A DNA stretch of 55,758 nucleotides from a virus (taxonomy: Duplodnaviria > Caudoviricetes), in the IMG/VR virus record IMGVR_UViG_3300046777_000527, positions 1 through 55,758 of that record; one strand, written 5' to 3'. The notes beneath the pieces were generated by a model that worked only from the letters and a program-made list of their open reading frames with translations, ran no database searches and was not told the DNA's origin. Positions 1-9,741 of the stretch are shown here, piece by piece. Position 1 is the first letter of the stretch, and each line of letters starts with the position of its first letter. The position numbers were made by a program, and so were the translations under genes.

Positions 1-2
1 AT

Positions 3-2324
3 GTAGCTGGTCGTGCAGCTGCTAGCGGTGCCTATACGCCGTTTAATGCAGCGTTGCTTCGCTATGACCCTACGCAGACTATGCGTACGGACAGTTTTAC
101 GTCGCCTTTTACTGCACAGGGTTACATGTCGCCTTACATGCAGAATGTTGTGCAACAGCAGCAACGGGAAGCTAGGCGGCAGAGCGAGGTTCAAGCTAAC
201 CAAAACCGCGCTCAAGCTATTGGCGCAGGGGCATTCGGTGGTTCGCGTCAGGCAATCGTAGAAGCAGAACGTCAGCGCAACCTCGGCACTCAGCTGGGCG
301 ACATCCAAGGCGCAGGGCTGCAGCAGGCTTATCAACAAGGCCAGCAGCAGTTTAACCAAGAGCAAGCTAATTACATGGCTGCGCAGCAGGCTAACATGCA
401 AGCCGTGCAAAAAGCCCGCGAGATGGAGGAGATGTCTCGTCAGTACGGCGCTAACCTAGGACTACAAGGCTATGGCCAAACCCTGCAAGCAGCTCAGCTG
501 CTAGGTGCTCAAGGTGCTCAGAAGTTCCAGCAGGATATGGCTAAGCTGCAAGCCCAGTATGACATCGGCGCTAAACAGCAGGCTCAAGAGCAGGCGCTCA
601 TTAATCAGCAGATTCAGAACTACGCCACGGCGCAGCAGTACCCGCTTATGCAGCTGGGGGTTATGTCTAACATGCTGCGGGGTCTACCTATGCAGGCGTC
701 TACGTCTCAGATGTATCAGGCGCAGCCGTCCATATTTGCGCAAGGTGCAGGTGCAATAGGTACCGGTCTGGGGCTTATGCAGCAATACAACAAGGCGTTC
801 CCTAGCGCCCCCGGTAGTAAAGAAGGCGGCGTGGTTAAGATGGCTGCTGGCGGTATTGCTACGGGCGTACCAGTAGGTAAGCTACAGTCCATGGTGCGCA
901 GCTTCTCTGATGAAGAACTCCAAGCCAAGCTGCAGGATGAAGAAACCGATCAGGCTACTAAGGACGTGATGGGTGCTGATCTAGCGCGGCGTCAACGCCT
1001 GCGCGCTGGTATGCCTAAGATGGCTCCGGGCGGTATCGTGGCTTTTAGGAAAGGCGGGAAGAGCAAAAAAGAACTACCGCCTGATGGCATCGACACTTCT
1101 GGCACCGCTGATCCTACTGCTGGGCGCGGTATACAGACTGACGCTCCTGACGTACAAGGGTTTACTGAGAAAGGCGTCAACCCCTTCGGTCCTACTGCCC
1201 CTAACGCCCCTGCAGAAGTTGCACCTGAAGTAGCTGCTAATGCAGACGTAGAGAAAGGCATGCAGGAAGAGCTTAGCCGCCTTAAACCTATTGCTGAACG
1301 CCCCCTAGCTGAGCAGGTTAAACAAAACCAACTTGCAAGGGAGCAACAAGGCGTGCCTTCCCCTTATGCTAGCGAGATGGAGCAGATCAGAGAGCGTAAG
1401 CTTAAAGCTAAGGACGAGGAGAAAGAAGCTGCACAGGACCGGCTGATTAACTTCTTAACCCGCTGGGGTACTTTGCCCGGCCCCACGTTGGTAGCTATGA
1501 ACCGTGCTGGCGTAGAGATGATTGAGAAGTCCGAGCTAGATCGCAAAGACCAGCGCAAGCTGCTTGCCCAGCTGGAGGAATCCGAGCGTCAGATCAATCG
1601 CGCCGAGTATTCTCGTAAGCTAGGTGAAGAAGACCGCGCTCGTCAGGAGATTAAAGAAGCTGGCCAGATGTACTTCAAGGTTAGCCAAGACCTGCTGAAG
1701 CACAAGTACGACCTAGCGATGAAAGATGCCGACTTTAGGAAAGCCGTTGCCGTTGCTAAGGCTCAGAGCCCAAAGAGCGATGAGCTAGGTATTCAGATTA
1801 TGTACGAAGGTTTGATAGCACAAAACCCGGAGAAGTATCCGCCGGGGCCGGTTACTAGAATGCTAGCTGCGCAGGCTTGGCAGTCATCTAAACCGGGTGT
1901 CGTGTCTACTGAACTGGGACTCGGCCCTCGTAATGTTCAAGCCGCCGCCGCTGCATCTCAGGCCGGTACTGCTGCAGAGGACGCGGAGACTAAACGCTTG
2001 CGCGAACAACGGGAACAGCAGAAAGATTTTAGAGCTGCGATTTTTGATGCCGTCAATTTCAACCCTGAGAATCGAGCTGCTATAGCTCAAGCACGTAAAG
2101 CTGATGCAGCCGCTAAACGAGATATAGCTAGTGAGGGTAGCGAAGAGGCCAAAATCATGCGGCGTATTGAAGACGGGATTCGCTCTGAGTATCCGCTACT
2201 TACCCCGAAGAAAGCCGCCCCAGCGCCTAAAACAGATACTGCACCTAACGCACTAGCGGATAAAAAACCTGAGGTTAAGAAGGACGAGAAGAAAAAACCT
2301 TTGTCCGCGTTCGATAAAACATAA
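3..2324 (+). CDS. Internal virion / DNA-ejection-type protein (5'-truncated by window edge)
   Basis: The frame is open from position 3 (VAGRAAASGAYTPFNAALLRYDP...), so the listed TTG start at 54 is not the real start. Q/A/G-rich N-half (GAFGGSRQAIVEAERQRN) and helical C-half; lies directly upstream of the giant virion gene. Confidence 0.65.
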   Translation, partial: VAGRAAASGAYTPFNAALLRYDPTQTMRTDSFTSPFTAQGYMSPYMQNVVQQQQREARRQSEVQANQNRAQAIGAGAFGGSRQAIVEAERQRNLGTQLGDIQGAGLQQAYQQGQQQFNQEQANYMAAQQANMQAVQKAREMEEMSRQYGANLGLQGYGQTLQAAQLLGAQGAQKFQQDMAKLQAQYDIGAKQQAQEQALINQQIQNYATAQQYPLMQLGVMSNMLRGLPMQASTSQMYQAQPSIFAQGAGAIGTGLGLMQQYNKAFPSAPGSKEGGVVKMAAGGIATGVPVGKLQSMVRSFSDEELQAKLQDEETDQATKDVMGADLARRQRLRAGMPKMAPGGIVAFRKGGKSKKELPPDGIDTSGTADPTAGRGIQTDAPDVQGFTEKGVNPFGPTAPNAPAEVAPEVAANADVEKGMQEELSRLKPIAERPLAEQVKQNQLAREQQGVPSPYASEMEQIRERKLKAKDEEKEAAQDRLINFLTRWGTLPGPTLVAMNRAGVEMIEKSELDRKDQRKLLAQLEESERQINRAEYSRKLGEEDRARQEIKEAGQMYFKVSQDLLKHKYDLAMKDADFRKAVAVAKAQSPKSDELGIQIMYEGLIAQNPEKYPPGPVTRMLAAQAWQSSKPGVVSTELGLGPRNVQAAAAASQAGTAAEDAETKRLREQREQQKDFRAAIFDAVNFNPENRAAIAQARKADAAAKRDIASEGSEEAKIMRRIEDGIRSEYPLLTPKKAAPAPKTDTAPNALADKKPEVKKDEKKKPLSAFDKT

Positions 2325-2333
2325 GGGTACGAC

Positions 2334-5300
2334 ATGGCGTTCGACGTTGAAGGTGCGCTAAAAGCTGGGTACTCGGAGGCAGATATTGCCTCGTATCTAG
2401 CTGGGCAAAGAGGGTTTGACCTAGAAGGCGCACGTAAAGCTGGATATTCCGACAGCGATATAGTTACGCACCTAGTTAATAAACCCGTACCTAAGGCTGA
2501 GCCTAAGCCCGAGCCTGCACCTGCACCAAAACCTGCTGCTCCCACCCCCATCCCCACGCCGGTAGAAGCTACTAAAGAGATCGACCCGACGACGGGTAAA
2601 CCATACCCTGAGCTACGTGCGCTACCTGACGAGCCTAGCATTTGGGATAGGTTGATGATGTGGGGTGGCGATAACAAAGCCAAAGCTGCTAACGAATATG
2701 CAGCTAGGCGCACTGCTGCTGAGAAGAAGATACCGCTATCCGAAGCCTACAAGATTACACCTGTAGCGCGACGCCCTACGTTTAACCCGGAAGGTAGACC
2801 CCTAGGTCAGGCTACTAAAGAGGCTGGAGAAGTCTTATCTAAATCCCTACCGGATGTACCCGCAGCTGTAGCTAATACCGCCTTGCGTGCTGTCCGTGGT
2901 GGTGACATACCTGTACAAGACCGCACATGGTTAGATAGAGCTATTACGGCTACTACTGTAGAACCACAGGAAACTGATCTTAATACGCAAGCTTTTGCTA
3001 ATGTTGGGCAGTCACTAGGCTACTCGGCTACCACGATGGTTGCCTCAGCAATCGCCGCTGCTGGGGGCACTGCTACCGCTGGCCCTTTAGGGGGCGCTAC
3101 CGCCGGATTTGGTACGTCCGCAGCCGTTTCTTACCGTGCTAGTAAGGATGAGTTTTTAGCCAGACTTAAAAAGAAACTAGACAAAGACTCCAAAAATACT
3201 TTCGACCGCCCGCTCAATGAAAAAGAATGGGCAGACGCTAAAAAAGAGTTCGATGACGCTGCTACTAAATATGGTGCGTGGGAAGCAGTGCCTGAGTCTA
3301 TTAGTAACTTGATCTTCCTTAAGGTTTTCTTAGCGCCTGTAAAAGCTGCTACTACCGCCGAGAAAGTTGCAGACTTTGCTAAACGCGCTGTTATATCGCA
3401 GCCGCCCGAACATATTACTGAGACTATTACAGCGCTTGGGCAGAACAAAGCTGAACTAGAGGCGGGGCTTACTAAAGAAGAGCTGCGTCTTAAAGATGCT
3501 TTTATGCAGCAGTTTATCCAGACCCTCGCTATCACCGGCGTGTTAGGTACAGGTGCTGTCGCTGCACAGAAAGCAAACCAATTCTACCAAGAGTACGTCG
3601 AGCCTAAAGTCCGTCCGGGGTCTGCGCTGGCTAGGGCTATACAAGCTGACCTAGTCACATACATGAACCAGCCCCGACAAGAGGCTGCGTTTACTACACC
3701 CCCGTCAGCCGCTGCGCCGGGAGTAACGCCTCCCGGGGTGCCCCCTCCTACTGAAGCTGCTGCACCAGCCGCACCGCCCGCTGCGCCGCCTGAGCCTACT
3801 TCTGTATTTACTGAGGCGCCGTCGGAGGACCCGCAAGTACAGGCGTTGACGCAGGCTTACGTAAGTAAAGGGTATCAACAAGAAGATGCTGAGCTGATTG
3901 CACGGATGCAGGTCGGTGCTTTAACCTTCCCTGTTACTGGCGCAGAGGGTAGAGCTATACAGCGGCAAAGCCCTGAAGATGAAGCACGGACTATGGCTGG
4001 CCGGGCTGAGCGCACAATGCTGCAAATGAAGGGGAGAAATGTTCCTGCTGCCGAGCCACCACCTTTTGTCACTGAACCAAGCACAGGTGAGTACAGCCCT
4101 GAAATGCCTCGCGGACGAGAGCGAGCCGCCCGAGGAACTGAAAGCCCTCTCGAGCGAGGACTGGATGCTGCTAGCCGTATTGCTGGACAACCTGTTGGAA
4201 GAGAAGAAGCTGAACGTGTTGCAGTAGATAACCGTAGCCGCCGTAGAGCCGAGTGGGTAGCAGGCGCGTTCCGTGGAGAGGCTTATCCTGACCTTAGCCC
4301 TATTCTGGGCGAGGCATGGATGCGCCGCACGCTAGCTAAGAATCCTACGCCTGAAGAATACGAGGAGGCCGCGTATGCAGAGCTGGAAAATACTGACGAT
4401 ATTTATACTCTTCCTGTTGAGCGCCGTGTACCACCTGCTGAGGTGGTGGGAGAAAGACCCGAGGGACGCGTTGAGCCAGCTGCTGAAGCTGCCCCTACCG
4501 AAGCGGTGGAAGCACCGCCTGCTGCTAAAACTGTTGAGTCTGTAAAGTCAGACAAAGAGAAAATATTTGAGTTGCAGCGTACTCAGCCAGAAGCTAAGAC
4601 TGGTGACGCTATTACTTTTAACCTGCCTTGGGTGCCGGGTGGTTATGAGGTATCGGGTATTGTAGGTAATTCCGTCTATATGGATAAAGACGGGCGCGAA
4701 GTCACTGCAGATACTCCGGGAGCTAAGCGCTATGTAAATGTTACCTACAAAGTAGACGGCGAGCAGATAACTAACCCGTTTGAAATAGATACGCTCCGCC
4801 TTAATACTATTCGTTTTGAGGAGAAACCCGACTTAACCAAACCTAAGGAGAAACCACGTGGCACTGAAGCCCCTAAAACCGTCGAAGCAAAAAAGGAAAG
4901 ACCGGCGAAACCCGCCGAGGGAGCCGCACCCGCAGGGCTAGAGCTTGAAGCTGGGCGCAAAGAAGAGCTTGAGGTAGACCCAGCAGTTTTAACCGCCGTA
5001 CAGCGTATCCCTAACGAAAAACTAAAGCAGCAGCTCATCGCTGAGTTTGGTGCCACTGCTGCTGGAGAGCCGCGTAAGCGTGCGCCGGGTGGTGGGCGTG
5101 AAGTTTCTGAAGCTGCAAAAACTAAAGAGGAACGTGGCGAGCAAGCTGCGGACATAGTCAACCTACTTCGTGATGTTCAGGCTGAGATAAGTGCGGCTAG
5201 GAAACTGGAGCGCAGTGCTAAAGGTGATGAGTTTGGTGTGGTTGGTCAGACTGCAGAGGAAGTGGCGTATCGTGAGGCGCTGCGTGACCTTAGCCTTGAT

Positions 5301-8300
5301 GTGTTAAGAGCCAGCCTATACAAGAGCGCACAGAAGTTTAGATCACGCCCTATCGTTGCGTATGGCGAGGCTGGCAAATATATAAAGAGCTTAAAACCTG
5401 ACGAGCAAGAACGGGCAAGAACTTTAGCAGAAGGTAAAGCTAATTATAGAACTTTACCTCCGCTACCTGAAATGCTGTCTACCCCCGCACAGCGTAAGCG
5501 AGCTATTGAAAAGATTAAAGCTGCGGAAGAAGAAGCAGCTGCAGAGCCTGTCAAAGAAGCACGCCCAGCTAAAGACGTAGTAACCGAGGCAGAGGAAGAG
5601 ATTAAATTCTTTACAACGCCAGAAGCAGAGGAGTTTAGGAAGCGCGGCGAAGAAGCTCGTAAGCGTGCTGAAGAGAAACAGCCACAAGAAAAGACTAGGT
5701 GGACAGACTTTAATGCGCGTCTACTGGCTAAAGCCATTCCGAAGTCTGAGAGCATGGAGGCTCAGTTTACTGAAGAAGAAATAGCAGATGCTATAGAGGA
5801 CATAGCTGACGATAAGTTTGACGCAGACGACGCTAAGAAGATGTCGTTTGACGATCTTAAAGAGTTTACTCAAGCTGCTATGCAGCTGGCGGCTGAGCGC
5901 CACACTACCGACACAGACAAGACCTTTAGGCAGCTAAACACCTTAGCTGGTGCGCTGACCTATATAGCCCAGACTGGCACACCCCTTGATGCTGGCATGG
6001 CTGAAGCTTTGCTTACTGGGGAGAATCTTGACCTAGTAAAGAACGTATCTCTGTACGCTGTCAAACCCCCCAAAGAGGGAGACACTCCTACGCAAGCGCA
6101 GAAGATGGTAAAAGGCGCTTTTGGTGCTTACGGCCCCCGTAAAGATAGAACGGGCGGTGTGGTATTTCTGGACGATTCCGGTAAAACCCAGTCGGGGCTT
6201 AATAATCTGACGGTGCTCCACGAGGGAGTGCATGCAGTCACGTCCATGAAGCTGTTTTATGTACAGGACATGATTGCTGCGGGTAGACAAGAGGAAGTAG
6301 ACGAGAAGCTGTTAGATGGGTATGACCAGCTAAATGAACTCATGGCGCAAGCTAACAATACCGCTGCCGACATGATGCGTAACAAAACGCTACCTAAACC
6401 CATAGCAGCTCTAGCGGCGAAAGACGCATTTACTGACGTGCATGAGTTTGTAGCTTACGGCCTTACCGACGCCAACATGAAGGCGTTCTTGCTGACGGTG
6501 CCGGGCGTAGGTGCGAAGAAGTCTGGCCTTTCCCGTTTTATATCCGCCATCCTGAACCTGTTGCAGTTGGGCAAAGCTAAAGCGTCGGCGCTGCGTGATC
6601 TTGTAATAGTGTCTGGCAAGTTCATGGAAGCCAAGACCCCGTCGGCTGCAGCTATGGCTGAGGCGTATGAGCAGTCAAAGCGCCTGAGCGAAAGCGAAGT
6701 TAAGCAAGTTAAAAAAGATATAGAGTCTGAAGCTGAGAATGAAGCAAAGGCTGATGAGATACAAAAAGACATAGCAAAAACTACGACTAATTACGACCCG
6801 CTACTAAATAAAGTAGGAAAGCTTTTTACCACTGCGCGTACGTTAGATGGGCTCAAAGGTTATTTGGTTGCTAACGTAAGAGCGATGAACGCTAATGCGT
6901 TAAAAGTGTTTTTACCTAAAGTGCCTAGAGATACGCTGTTTAGGATGGCTGAACGCGCGGATATACCGCGCATGGCTGAGGTAGAAAAGTTGTTCCGTGA
7001 CGCAGCGGATTTTCGCTTTAGTATGCTAGAGCGTGCGGAGGCTATAAGTAATAAGTGGGTAGCGCTGCCCGGCAAGATGCAAACGCTGCTGGCTAACACC
7101 ATGCACGAGTCTACTATTGTTCGTATAGACCCGTCTAAAGATACATCAAATGACACGCTAAACAAGATGTGGGAAGGGCTGACCCCCACAGCCAAAAAAG
7201 TTTATACGCAAACGCGTGATTTTTACGATACTAACCGCAAGCTGGTGTTTGCTTTAATGGCTCAGAACGTCCAAAACTCGGTCATGAACCCCGAGTCTAA
7301 AGCTGCGACCATAGAACGCCTACAGACACTTTACAACGACGCACAAGTAATTAAGCCTTATTTTCCGCTGATGCGGTATGGTGAATACTGGGCGCAGTTT
7401 GGTAAAGGGAACGACCTTAGCTTTGTCATGTACGAGAACGCTGCCGATAAAGAGCAAGCGGTGCAGGACTATATAAACGAAAAGAAAAAAGCTGGAGAAA
7501 AACGCGGTGATGTCGAAGAAAGATTACGAGAGAGTAAAGAACTTAGCGACGGAAACGACATACAGACGTTAATAGATAAGATGGCAGATAAGAGCAATCT
7601 GCTACAAGATATCTTACGTAGAATAAACGAGACGCCTAAGCTTGCAGACAAAGCGCTAAAAGACGCGTTTGCTTCTGAAGTTTATCAAATGTACCTGATG
7701 ACGCTGCCGGATGCGTCGTTTCAAAAAGCGTTCATAAAACGTAAAGACCGTAAAGGCTACTCTGAAGACGCGCTTCGTAACTTTACAGTTACTAGCAACC
7801 GCATGGCGCAGCAGATTACCAACATAAAGTACGGCCCAAAAATACGTAATGCTTTGAGCGCTGCTTTTTCAAGTGTAGAAGGCACGATAGATCGTGCACG
7901 TTCAGAGATGATTATTAACGAAGTAAAAACTCGTTACGTAAATGATTTAGCCCCGACCGAAGAATCTGGTTTTGCTATGGTGGCTAGAACGGCAACAAAG
8001 ATAGGATACTTTTATTACATGACCCGACTGCGTCATGTAGTTAGTAACATGTGGGCAATTCCTTCACGGTCATTCCCCATAACCTATAAGTACTTTGAGA
8101 TGAACGGTAAGGCGGACGCAGAGATGCAGAAAGCGTTTTCGCTAGGGTTACTTAACTCAGTGGGTGTAACAAGAAAGAACCCAGACGGAACGGTTACATA
8201 CACAATGCCCTCGTTGTTTTCGTCAGACTTAATACGTAACCACCCTGAGTTGTCGCGCCCAGAATATGCGCATATATTGCGTCGTATGAAACGTGTTACT

Positions 8301-9647
8301 TCTCATGAGACGCAAACATTTAACATCGTACTACGGAAAAATCTGACCAGTAGAACTAAGGGCGGCAAAGCGCTGGAATACGGAAACATGATTCTAGGTG
8401 CAGCAAACCAAGGTTCGGAGCGCATGGTTCGAGAATACACACTTTATAGCCTTTACACACGGGCACGCACGCAGCCTATTCGTGGTGCGGCAAAAGCAAT
8501 GAGCCCTGATGAAGCTATGGAGTTTGCGCACTCAGCAATGCAGGAAGCTTTGTACGATTACTCTTATGAGAACGAACCTGCGTGGATGAAAAACGCAGCA
8601 TTTATCATCCCTGCAAACTTTAAAAAGTGGAGCTTTTTTACAATAGCGTACTATTTCCGCAACATGCGCGCTATGCTTGCGCCATTGCCGTACGAGACTC
8701 GTAGAGGCGCAGCACTAGCTGTAGTAGGTTCGACGTTAATGGGGGTGTTGGGGTCAGGGCTAAAAGGCGCGTTTCTTATATCGCAGATGTTGATTGCTTA
8801 CGGTGCGGCGAGGTGGTTACTAGGTTCCCTAGGTATAGGTGGGGAAGATGAAGAGGAAAAATTCTTAAAAGACCTTAACTTACCAAAATGGTTTACCGAG
8901 ATCTACATACCCAGAATGTTTGGTGATACTGGGCTTGCGAACATTTTAAGGTCGGGAGCGTTGAATACAGCTTCTGGCGGAGATATAGCTAACTCTATAT
9001 CAGAAGGCTCTCTCATATTTAACGAGCTGCCTGATGAGACTATGTTTGATAATTTTGCAGATACGCTGGTGTCTGCTTACTTTGGGGCTACGGGTAGCCT
9101 TGTAGCTAAAGGTAAGAAAGCTTCTGACGCTTGGCATGTGGGAGATTGGCGGCTTGCGCTAAGTTCTGCGCTACCCGGAGTGGCGGGGGATGTGGCTACT
9201 GCGTATAGGTACACTCAAGATGGTGCACGGACTAGGAATTTAGATATTAGAAAGTACCCTCAAGAGTTTACAAAGATGGAACTATTCTTGCAAGGGCTTG
9301 GCTATAAACCAGCAAACCTAGCAAGGCTAGAAGAGGTAGATGCTCTAGTAGCGAGAAAGAAGACAGAGATAGCAAGCCGTCGGGAAAAAATTATTCGTGA
9401 CGTTGTTCAGTCTATAGAGATAGGCACCGAGAGCGCCATAAATAAACGGCTTGCAGATATACAGAAGTTTAACGCTATGTATCCTCATCCTGACTGGCGT
9501 ATTGACCCTGAAGATGTCATTAGCTATAGGAACAACCAGATAGATGAGAAATCTAAAAAGCTGCGCGGGCTAAAGATAGAACCGAAGCTCTATCAAATAC
9601 TACCTATGCGCGAAAAGTCTTTACGGGATATAGAACGCGGGAAATAA
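2334..9647 (+). CDS. Giant (2437 aa) internal virion / polyvalent-type protein with zincin-like metallopeptidase motif
   Basis: N-terminal tandem FDxEGAxKAGYSxxDI repeat, P/A/E-rich linkers, HExxH (VLHEGVHAV) followed by HEFVAYGL, long helical C-terminus; last gene of the structural arm. Confidence 0.7.
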   Translation: MAFDVEGALKAGYSEADIASYLAGQRGFDLEGARKAGYSDSDIVTHLVNKPVPKAEPKPEPAPAPKPAAPTPIPTPVEATKEIDPTTGKPYPELRALPDEPSIWDRLMMWGGDNKAKAANEYAARRTAAEKKIPLSEAYKITPVARRPTFNPEGRPLGQATKEAGEVLSKSLPDVPAAVANTALRAVRGGDIPVQDRTWLDRAITATTVEPQETDLNTQAFANVGQSLGYSATTMVASAIAAAGGTATAGPLGGATAGFGTSAAVSYRASKDEFLARLKKKLDKDSKNTFDRPLNEKEWADAKKEFDDAATKYGAWEAVPESISNLIFLKVFLAPVKAATTAEKVADFAKRAVISQPPEHITETITALGQNKAELEAGLTKEELRLKDAFMQQFIQTLAITGVLGTGAVAAQKANQFYQEYVEPKVRPGSALARAIQADLVTYMNQPRQEAAFTTPPSAAAPGVTPPGVPPPTEAAAPAAPPAAPPEPTSVFTEAPSEDPQVQALTQAYVSKGYQQEDAELIARMQVGALTFPVTGAEGRAIQRQSPEDEARTMAGRAERTMLQMKGRNVPAAEPPPFVTEPSTGEYSPEMPRGRERAARGTESPLERGLDAASRIAGQPVGREEAERVAVDNRSRRRAEWVAGAFRGEAYPDLSPILGEAWMRRTLAKNPTPEEYEEAAYAELENTDDIYTLPVERRVPPAEVVGERPEGRVEPAAEAAPTEAVEAPPAAKTVESVKSDKEKIFELQRTQPEAKTGDAITFNLPWVPGGYEVSGIVGNSVYMDKDGREVTADTPGAKRYVNVTYKVDGEQITNPFEIDTLRLNTIRFEEKPDLTKPKEKPRGTEAPKTVEAKKERPAKPAEGAAPAGLELEAGRKEELEVDPAVLTAVQRIPNEKLKQQLIAEFGATAAGEPRKRAPGGGREVSEAAKTKEERGEQAADIVNLLRDVQAEISAARKLERSAKGDEFGVVGQTAEEVAYREALRDLSLDVLRASLYKSAQKFRSRPIVAYGEAGKYIKSLKPDEQERARTLAEGKANYRTLPPLPEMLSTPAQRKRAIEKIKAAEEEAAAEPVKEARPAKDVVTEAEEEIKFFTTPEAEEFRKRGEEARKRAEEKQPQEKTRWTDFNARLLAKAIPKSESMEAQFTEEEIADAIEDIADDKFDADDAKKMSFDDLKEFTQAAMQLAAERHTTDTDKTFRQLNTLAGALTYIAQTGTPLDAGMAEALLTGENLDLVKNVSLYAVKPPKEGDTPTQAQKMVKGAFGAYGPRKDRTGGVVFLDDSGKTQSGLNNLTVLHEGVHAVTSMKLFYVQDMIAAGRQEEVDEKLLDGYDQLNELMAQANNTAADMMRNKTLPKPIAALAAKDAFTDVHEFVAYGLTDANMKAFLLTVPGVGAKKSGLSRFISAILNLLQLGKAKASALRDLVIVSGKFMEAKTPSAAAMAEAYEQSKRLSESEVKQVKKDIESEAENEAKADEIQKDIAKTTTNYDPLLNKVGKLFTTARTLDGLKGYLVANVRAMNANALKVFLPKVPRDTLFRMAERADIPRMAEVEKLFRDAADFRFSMLERAEAISNKWVALPGKMQTLLANTMHESTIVRIDPSKDTSNDTLNKMWEGLTPTAKKVYTQTRDFYDTNRKLVFALMAQNVQNSVMNPESKAATIERLQTLYNDAQVIKPYFPLMRYGEYWAQFGKGNDLSFVMYENAADKEQAVQDYINEKKKAGEKRGDVEERLRESKELSDGNDIQTLIDKMADKSNLLQDILRRINETPKLADKALKDAFASEVYQMYLMTLPDASFQKAFIKRKDRKGYSEDALRNFTVTSNRMAQQITNIKYGPKIRNALSAAFSSVEGTIDRARSEMIINEVKTRYVNDLAPTEESGFAMVARTATKIGYFYYMTRLRHVVSNMWAIPSRSFPITYKYFEMNGKADAEMQKAFSLGLLNSVGVTRKNPDGTVTYTMPSLFSSDLIRNHPELSRPEYAHILRRMKRVTSHETQTFNIVLRKNLTSRTKGGKALEYGNMILGAANQGSERMVREYTLYSLYTRARTQPIRGAAKAMSPDEAMEFAHSAMQEALYDYSYENEPAWMKNAAFIIPANFKKWSFFTIAYYFRNMRAMLAPLPYETRRGAALAVVGSTLMGVLGSGLKGAFLISQMLIAYGAARWLLGSLGIGGEDEEEKFLKDLNLPKWFTEIYIPRMFGDTGLANILRSGALNTASGGDIANSISEGSLIFNELPDETMFDNFADTLVSAYFGATGSLVAKGKKASDAWHVGDWRLALSSALPGVAGDVATAYRYTQDGARTRNLDIRKYPQEFTKMELFLQGLGYKPANLARLEEVDALVARKKTEIASRREKIIRDVVQSIEIGTESAINKRLADIQKFNAMYPHPDWRIDPEDVISYRNNQIDEKSKKLRGLKIEPKLYQILPMREKSLRDIERGK
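4039..4227 (+). CDS. Candidate overprinted 62-aa protein nested (+1 frame) in the giant virion gene
   Basis: Purine-rich SD-like GAAGGGGAG just upstream of ATG; amphipathic helical product (PPEELKALSSEDWMLLAVLLDNLLEEK), while the host frame here is a low-complexity linker. Confidence 0.45.
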   Translation: MFLLPSHHLLSLNQAQVSTALKCLADESEPPEELKALSSEDWMLLAVLLDNLLEEKKLNVLQ

Positions 9648-9672
9648 AAAACCCCCGGGGGGTACCCGGGGG
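9646..9672 (-). terminator. Rho-independent terminator ending the minus arm / candidate sRNA
   Basis: 8-bp stem CCCCCGGG (9652-9659)/CCCGGGGG (9665-9672); A6 at 9646-9651 gives the U-tract on the minus strand; sits where the two arms converge. Confidence 0.85.
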
Positions 9673-9726
9673 AAAGATCGTGAAACCACGAAGGAGAGCG
9701 ACGACGAAGGAGCTAACAACGCCGTC
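9646..9726 (-). ncRNA. Candidate trans-acting anti-Shine-Dalgarno small RNA (~81 nt)
   Basis: Hairpin GACGGCG/CGUCGUC with loop UUGUUAGCUCCUU, then a CUCUCCUU linker, hairpin UCGUG/CACGA and the terminator. 18/18 complementarity to the RBS region at 32873-32890 and 13/13 to 14123-14135. Confidence 0.6.
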
Positions 9727-9732
9727 AGGTGC

Positions 9733-9741
9733 TTTATATCA
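9733..9741 (-). promoter_or_regulatory. Extended -10-like element (TGnTATAAA) upstream of candidate sRNA
   Basis: Minus strand reads TGTGATATAAAGCACCTG; predicted +1 near 9726 coincides with the first hairpin. No good -35, and the -7 T is not consensus. Confidence 0.4.

Noticed and set aside
9684-9718. CsrA/RsmA sponge interpretation (ANGGA motifs on the plus strand)
   Set aside because: Only two motifs are present; the promoter-like box, G-U pair and U-tract all favour the minus strand.
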